DNA of 64,000 nucleotides, taken from Candidatus Daviesbacteria bacterium (GTDB lineage Bacteria; Patescibacteriota; Microgenomatia; Daviesbacterales; UBA10151). Location: the NCBI GenBank assembly GCA_028715175.1, contig JAQUSJ010000001.1, positions 674,386 to 738,385 of the forward strand, written 5' to 3'. Of this stretch, positions 59,087-64,000 are shown piece after piece. Every line of letters starts with the position of its first letter. Within the stretch, counting starts at the first letter, position 1. Position numbers and translations under genes: made by a program. The notes beneath the pieces were generated by a model that saw only the letters and a program-made list of their open reading frames with translations, ran no database searches and had not been told where the DNA came from.

Positions 59087-59491
59087 CTACCCTCCTACTC
59101 CTCTTTTGAACTCGGCCTTTCCGGCATAAAAAGTTGCCGGATTAATAGGCTGGTTTTTCTTTTGTTCTTTTTTTATTTCAATAACTTGTTTTTCTTGCTG
59201 TTGAGTTTGTAACTTCTGCATTTCTTTTTGTTTATTTTGCTGCCTTACTGCTTTTTGTTCCTGATCTATTTTTTGATAAAAGGCAATTTTTCGTCTTGCC
59301 TCTGTCAATTTTTTTTGATCTTCCAATTGTTTTTGTTGAATTTGTTGAGGAGTTAGTTGTGTTCCAACTACGGATTGCACCCCTTGTTCCAAAGCCTCTC
59401 CCACTGAATCCTTAACATCTTTTGCAACTTCACCAGCTGCTTGGGCTACTTCTCCGCCAAATTGTTTAATAGCATTTCCACCATCAGCCAT
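59087..59491 (-). CDS. Gln/Lys-rich coiled-coil hypothetical protein
   Basis: 134 aa; TGCTAGAAT 6 nt before ATG. Confidence 0.7.
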   Translation of the reverse strand: MADGGNAIKQFGGEVAQAAGEVAKDVKDSVGEALEQGVQSVVGTQLTPQQIQQKQLEDQKKLTEARRKIAFYQKIDQEQKAVRQQNKQKEMQKLQTQQQEKQVIEIKKEQKKNQPINPATFYAGKAEFKRGVGG

Positions 59492-59508
59492 GAATACATT
59501 CTAGCATA

Positions 59509-60105
59509 TTAATACTCTTTTCTTCCCTCCAGCGCCCTAGATAAAGTTGTCTCGTCCGCATATTCCAGATCAGATCCAACCGGCAACCCCCTGGCAATTC
59601 TTGTTATTTTTACTCCTAAAGGTTGAATCAATCTTTGAATATACATGGCAGTTGCCTCTCCTTCCATGGTCGGATTTGTGGCCAAAATTATTTCCTTAAC
59701 AGCGCCGCTTTTAAGTCTTGGCAAAAGTTCTTTAATATGAATTTCCGATGGACCGATATTTTCTAAAGGAGAAATTACTCCATGTAAAACATGGTAAAGT
59801 CCTTTAAAATTTGCTTTTTCCAGCGCCAATACATCCAACGGATCCTCTACGATAGCGATCACCGATGCATCACGGGAGGAATCGGAACAAATCTGGCATT
59901 GATCTTCTTCTCCAACGTTAAAACAAATTGAACAGATTTTCGTTTTCTCTTTCATTCCAACAGCAGCTTCGGCCAAAGCTTTTGCTTCTTCTAAAGGTGC
60001 ATGCAAAAGATAGTAAGTGAGTCTTTGAGCAGTCTTCGGTCCAATGCCGGGGAGTCTTTCAAATGCCTCAATTAAATTTTGTACAGACTTTGGAACTTGC
60101 GCCAT
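59509..60105 (-). CDS. recR: Recombination protein RecR
   Basis: LPGIGPKTAQR, C4 zinc finger, YHVLHG, Toprim EGEATA. Confidence 0.97.
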   Translation of the reverse strand: MAQVPKSVQNLIEAFERLPGIGPKTAQRLTYYLLHAPLEEAKALAEAAVGMKEKTKICSICFNVGEEDQCQICSDSSRDASVIAIVEDPLDVLALEKANFKGLYHVLHGVISPLENIGPSEIHIKELLPRLKSGAVKEIILATNPTMEGEATAMYIQRLIQPLGVKITRIARGLPVGSDLEYADETTLSRALEGRKEY

Positions 60106-60125
60106 TTCGAAGCCAATTTTACCAA

Positions 60126-60561
60126 GTATATTGTATTATGTATAGTGTATATAGGGATGCAAGAAAAAATTCAATCTTTTACTGATCTAAATGCCTGGAA
60201 AGAAGCTCATAAATTAGCTCTGTTAGTTTATAGATTAACTAGTGATTTTCCTATCAGCGAAAAATACTCTTTAATTGATCAAATGAGACGAGCTGCTGTA
60301 TCAATTAGTTCCAATATCGCAGAAGGATTTTCAAGACAAAGCAATAAAGAAAAACTTCAATTTTATTATACTGCCAAAGGATCTTTAACTGAACTGCAAA
60401 ATCAACTATTGCTAAGCCAAGATATTGGCTACATTAAAAAGGATATTTTTAACAAAATCGCGGAGCAAACAGTAGTAGTTGGAAAATTATTAACAGGCTT
60501 AATTAAAGCAATCAAATCCCGTTCTTGACCCAATATACTTTATACTCTATACGCTATACTA
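60126..60561 (+). mobile_element. Putative minimal cassette: four-helix-bundle gene flanked by inverted heptamer arrays
   Basis: (GTATWNN)x4-GGG-ATG ... TGA-CCC-AA-(TATACNN)x4; antisense insertion between ybaB and recR; mobility is inferred. Confidence 0.6.
60157..60528 (+). CDS. Four helix bundle protein (23S rRNA IVP / bAvd-like family)
   Basis: SFTDLNAWKEAH..., FP..EKY.L..QMRRAAVSISSNIAEG, AKGSLTE; ATG 60157. Confidence 0.9.
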   Translation: MQEKIQSFTDLNAWKEAHKLALLVYRLTSDFPISEKYSLIDQMRRAAVSISSNIAEGFSRQSNKEKLQFYYTAKGSLTELQNQLLLSQDIGYIKKDIFNKIAEQTVVVGKLLTGLIKAIKSRS

Positions 60562-60567
60562 ATTTGG

Positions 60568-60846
60568 TCACATTCCAGGAATACCCATACCACCCATTAA
60601 ACCTTTCATTTCATCAGCTGCAACTTTTTGGGATTGTTTTAATGCTTCATTAACAGCCTCTGTAACTTTATTTGGATCCATATCCCCTGAAATCGATTGA
60701 ACTTTTTGATCCGCAGTCATTACAACAGTGACGCCTTTGTGTTCAATTGTAATCTTGATCCCTGCCAGTTTCTTTTGCACTTCCATTGCCTGATCTCTCA
60801 TCTTTTTGAGATCCCCAAGCTGTTTTAGATTATCCATTATTCCCAT
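60568..60846 (-). CDS. ybaB: YbaB/EbfC nucleoid-associated protein
   Basis: 92 aa, Q..L..ITI, GVTVVM; upstream of recR and downstream of dnaX. Confidence 0.8.
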   Translation of the reverse strand: MGIMDNLKQLGDLKKMRDQAMEVQKKLAGIKITIEHKGVTVVMTADQKVQSISGDMDPNKVTEAVNEALKQSQKVAADEMKGLMGGMGIPGM

Positions 60847-60849
60847 AAT

Positions 60850-60925
60850 TAGTTATTGGTTGGTAGTTATGAGTTCGTAGTGATTTATTATTTTTTCTAT
60901 GAACTACGAACTATGAACTCTGAAC
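60850..60925. repeat. Inverted heptamer arrays without cargo
   Basis: tagttat tggttgg tagttat gagttcg tag -16nt- ctatgaa ctacgaa ctatgaa ctctgaa. Confidence 0.75.
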
Positions 60926-61753
60926 CCTCCTTGCTGATTCTATCACATTTTCCAAAAGCGACACAATTGTTAAAGGCCCAATTCCGCCGATAGTCGGACA
61001 ATACAATTTGGCTTTTTGAGAAACTGTCGCTTCCTCAATATCACCAAAGATTTTTTCTTCTTGATCTACTAATTCTTTTCCCACCCCAACTCCAATTACG
61101 AAACTGCCTTTTTTAATTTTTTCTCCTGTGATAATGTTCTTTCTTCCTGTTGCAGATATTATTACATCAGCATTTTTAATTAGTTTATCAGGATTTTCTG
61201 TTTTGGAATCAATCAAAGCAAAAAATATGCCCTTCTCTTCTAATAAGCCTCTAATTGGTCCACCAGCAGTTTTTCCTTTTCCCAAAAGAACTATACTTTT
61301 GCCTTTTAAAAATTTTTCTGCAGAAGAAAATCCTTCCAAGGAAGCAAAAGCCTTCAGCATTTCCCAGACAGCCAATGCTGTAGCCCCTCTATAGGGGGAA
61401 TCATTGCGGAATCCATCTACGTCTTTTCCGGAATCGATTTTGGAAATTAGATTATCAAAATCCCAATCCTCATATGTTGGATATTGGACAATTATTCCAT
61501 GAATCTTTTTGTCCTCATTTAATTTTTGTATCGCCATTAAACAATCATTAAATTGATTCCGGGAGAATTCAAGCAGCCGTGTTTTAATACCAAGTTGCTG
61601 CGCTCTTTTGATCTTGTTATTTACATAAATCCTGGATGCAGGGTTATTTCCTGCTAAAATTATTGCCAAGCAGGGTTTAATTTTTAATTTTCCTACTTGT
61701 TTTTTTAAGTTTTTTGAAATAGCATCTGCAACGTCTTTTCCGGATACTTTCAC
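60911..61753 (-). CDS. folD: Methylene-THF dehydrogenase/cyclohydrolase
   Basis: AS.IYVNNK, HGIIVQYP, KDVDGF, GGIGPLT. Confidence 0.88.
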   Translation of the reverse strand: MKVSGKDVADAISKNLKKQVGKLKIKPCLAIILAGNNPASRIYVNNKIKRAQQLGIKTRLLEFSRNQFNDCLMAIQKLNEDKKIHGIIVQYPTYEDWDFDNLISKIDSGKDVDGFRNDSPYRGATALAVWEMLKAFASLEGFSSAEKFLKGKSIVLLGKGKTAGGPIRGLLEEKGIFFALIDSKTENPDKLIKNADVIISATGRKNIITGEKIKKGSFVIGVGVGKELVDQEEKIFGDIEEATVSQKAKLYCPTIGGIGPLTIVSLLENVIESARRVQSS

Positions 61754-61755
61754 TT

Positions 61756-63060
61756 TTATTTGATCCCTGGAACCGGAAATTTTCCGGCAAATTTTTCAAC
61801 TTCTTTTCTGATTATTTTAAGATTTTTGTTTTTGTGAATTTCTTTTTTAACTTCCTTTAAAAAATCTTTTCTTTTTTCCTGCTCTTTTGGCAAATCAAGA
61901 CCTCTTATCTCTTCCAAAACTCTTTTGATCCAACCGGCAATTTTAATCATATCACTGGCTTTCATTCCTCTTGAAGTTAGTGCCGGTGTCCCCAGACGAA
62001 TACCTGAAGGATAAAAAGGAGAAGCCGGTTCACCGGGGATTGTATTTTTGTTAACTGTAATCCCTGCTTCTTCCAGTGCATATTGCGCCTGATATCCCAT
62101 TCCATATCCGTATTTGGTTAAACTTAAAAGTATCAGGTGAGTTTCCGAAACAGTACCTAGTTCTTTCGCCAAAACCGATGCATTTTTGGCAATTTGAGCA
62201 GCGTATTTCTTAAATGAAGGTTTCAAAGCCTCTTCCAAACTGACAGCGATTGCTGCTGTTTGGTGATTATGCGGACCTCCCTGGATACCGGGAATTATTG
62301 CCCTTTCTATTTTCCCTTTTATTTCCGGATCTCTTTTTAACCCTCGCTCCGTTACTAAAATCATCGCCCCTCTCGGACCTCTTAATGTCTTATGCGTTGT
62401 CGTCATAACTATATCAACATAAGGCACCGGTGATTCATGTACGCCACCTATTATTAACCCTGTGATATGCGAACAGTCCGCAACAAGCGTTGCATCAACC
62501 ATATCAGCGATTTTTCTAAATTTTTTGTAATCCAGCTTAAAAGGGTATGCTGTTGTTCCCACCCAGATTAATTTTGGTTTGTGCTTTTTGGCCAAAGTTT
62601 CTAACTCTTTGAAATCTATTTTCCAATCTTTGCCAACAGAATAGTTGACTGCCTTATAAAAAATACTGGAAAAACTTAAATGAGCACCGTGAGTTAAGTG
62701 TCCTCCTGAGGATAGTGCAAGCCCCATTACCACATCCCCCGGCTCACAAACTGCCATAGTAATTGCCATATTTGCCGGAGAACCGGAGTAGGATTGTACA
62801 AATGCGGCTGGAACTCCGAATAATTTTTTTGCCAAATCTACTGCATAACTTTCAATTTTATCTATAACTTCATTACCGCCATAATACCTTCTGCCCGGAA
62901 AACCTTCCGAGTACTTATTAGTCAAAATTGAACCCAAAGCTTTTAGAACATCAGAAGAAACATAGTTCTCAGAAGGTATCATTTCCAAGCCGTATTTCTG
63001 TCGGTAAGCTTCTTCCGCAATTAACTTAAATACCTTTTTTGTAGCAACGTGTGATGACAT
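61756..63060 (-). CDS. glyA: Serine hydroxymethyltransferase
   Basis: SEN, NKYSEG.PGRRYYGG, GGHLTHG, TTHKTLRGPRG, SGIRLGT. Confidence 0.97.
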   Translation of the reverse strand: MSSHVATKKVFKLIAEEAYRQKYGLEMIPSENYVSSDVLKALGSILTNKYSEGFPGRRYYGGNEVIDKIESYAVDLAKKLFGVPAAFVQSYSGSPANMAITMAVCEPGDVVMGLALSSGGHLTHGAHLSFSSIFYKAVNYSVGKDWKIDFKELETLAKKHKPKLIWVGTTAYPFKLDYKKFRKIADMVDATLVADCSHITGLIIGGVHESPVPYVDIVMTTTHKTLRGPRGAMILVTERGLKRDPEIKGKIERAIIPGIQGGPHNHQTAAIAVSLEEALKPSFKKYAAQIAKNASVLAKELGTVSETHLILLSLTKYGYGMGYQAQYALEEAGITVNKNTIPGEPASPFYPSGIRLGTPALTSRGMKASDMIKIAGWIKRVLEEIRGLDLPKEQEKRKDFLKEVKKEIHKNKNLKIIRKEVEKFAGKFPVPGIK

Positions 63061-63124
63061 GAATGAAAGTATTGTTGACTACAAAACGTTAATTGTCAAT
63101 ACTTCACTTCAACTTTGTTCAGTA

Positions 63125-63153
63125 TTGACCCTGAGCGAAGCCGAATGGGTCAA
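63125..63153. repeat. Short hairpin element between dnaX and glyA
   Basis: TTGACCC-TGAGCGAAGCCGAAT-GGGTCAA; core matches CTGAGCGNAGNCGAA at 37191. Confidence 0.7.
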
Positions 63154-63188
63154 GATACAACTATGTAAACTGCTTGTACAAGGGGAAA

Positions 63189-64000
63189 TTAATTTACAAT
63201 ATCGGAATTAAAGATTTCGGCAGCGGCTCTGATTATTTCATCATCCGCCGCCAATTCTACATTAGCAACATCTTCCGCTTTTGAGGGACGGTTACCCAAT
63301 ATAGTAGATATTCTGATGCTCCTTCCCAAAATATCGGAAAGAATTGATTCCAACAAATCCTTATTTTTAGGAGCTTCCAAAATTCGCTGGTGAAAAGAAT
63401 AAGGAACCTCCATTATGACCGAAGTATCCGTGCATTCTCTAACATTGATAGACCGCAGTAGCGCTTCCAGAGAAAAATTAAACGGCCGGATAGTTTCCAG
63501 TACAAAAGTCCACTTTTCTTTTATTTTTAAAATATCAGAAGAAACAGAAGGTGACGGATCAACGAGCGCGCTTTCCACCTTCAAACTTCTATCTTCTACA
63601 TCTATCTTCAATTTTCCATCATCTATCGTCGCATCTGGTTTCTTCCTATCATCTGACGACTGTTCCCCACAAATTTCCACCACAGCCAATTCCAATGGCA
63701 GTGACGGAATGGAGGTAAATTTTAATTTTTCTATAGCTTCCTGCAGGATATTCAAGTCCAGAATTAATTCCTGATTGGTAAAATTTTCAGCAATCCTTAA
63801 AAGTTTCTGGTACTTATCTTCGGTTAATTGATGTTTAACTAATTGTTCACCCACCCCATTTTTAATTAGTATCAAACTCCTCAAAACATCCATCAAAGAC
63901 AAAGTTAATTCTTTAATATCTCCTCCATTTTCCATATATTTGCCGATATCCAACAGTCCGGCGTCTGCATTTTTGTTTTTAAGATTTTGAATAAAGTTTA
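63189..64000 (-). CDS. dnaX: DNA polymerase III gamma/tau, C-terminal part (runs off window)
   Basis: LPLELAVV domain-III end, W..VL...FH C-terminal domain; upstream of ybaB-recR. Confidence 0.75.
   Translation of the reverse strand, partial: NFIQNLKNKNADAGLLDIGKYMENGGDIKELTLSLMDVLRSLILIKNGVGEQLVKHQLTEDKYQKLLRIAENFTNQELILDLNILQEAIEKLKFTSIPSLPLELAVVEICGEQSSDDRKKPDATIDDGKLKIDVEDRSLKVESALVDPSPSVSSDILKIKEKWTFVLETIRPFNFSLEALLRSINVRECTDTSVIMEVPYSFHQRILEAPKNKDLLESILSDILGRSIRISTILGNRPSKAEDVANVELAADDEIIRAAAEIFNSDIVN
63574..63630. repeat. Heptamer array (TCYAYCT-like) in the dnaX linker
   Basis: tccacct tcaaact tctatct tctaca tctatct tcaattt tccatca tctatcg. Confidence 0.7.

Noticed and set aside
60079-60156. 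N-terminal extension of the four-helix ORF in the ORF track (MYRLWN...IVYIG)
   Set aside because: It is the translated heptamer array and overlaps recR; the family-like sequence begins at ATG 60157
60157-60528. Diversity-generating retroelement suggested by the Avd-like fold
   Set aside because: No reverse transcriptase ORF and no template/variable repeat pair with adenine-specific mismatches seen in the window

Overview
This window is from an AT-rich bacterial chromosome. Gene content and style (short RF1 and PrmC, few Shine-Dalgarno sites) suggest a Patescibacteria/CPR organism of Microgenomates type; this is inference. It holds core genes (galU, efp, pepN, tRNA-Leu, dnaB, a catalytic-domain-only hisS, rpmE-prfA-prmC, rpsF-ssb-rpsR, ychF, cmk, cysS, recR, ybaB, folD, glyA, dnaX), lower glycolysis (ppsA-eno-gpmA) and a ~19 kb de novo purine cluster with two archaeal-type PurP paralogues. 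A small island at 0.6-3.8 kb has an ArsB/NhaD-type transporter, two HTH regulators and two polyproline micro-proteins. The strongest unexplained signal is a set of tiny repeat elements. (1) A four-helix-bundle (IVP/Avd-like) gene is bracketed by inverted arrays of 7-bp repeats, with 'empty' inverted heptamer pairs and about ten more heptamer arrays elsewhere, mostly in-frame in housekeeping genes. (2) Several families of short palindromic elements also sit in-frame in core genes or supply their start/stop codons: a GTCAT...ATGAC element with covarying stems, CACCTCSGAGGTG, CCGCCAGCTGGCGG and TTAT-flanked micro-inserts. No transposase, integrase, reverse transcriptase or CRISPR array is visible. 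All coordinates were read by eye and may be off by a few bases.
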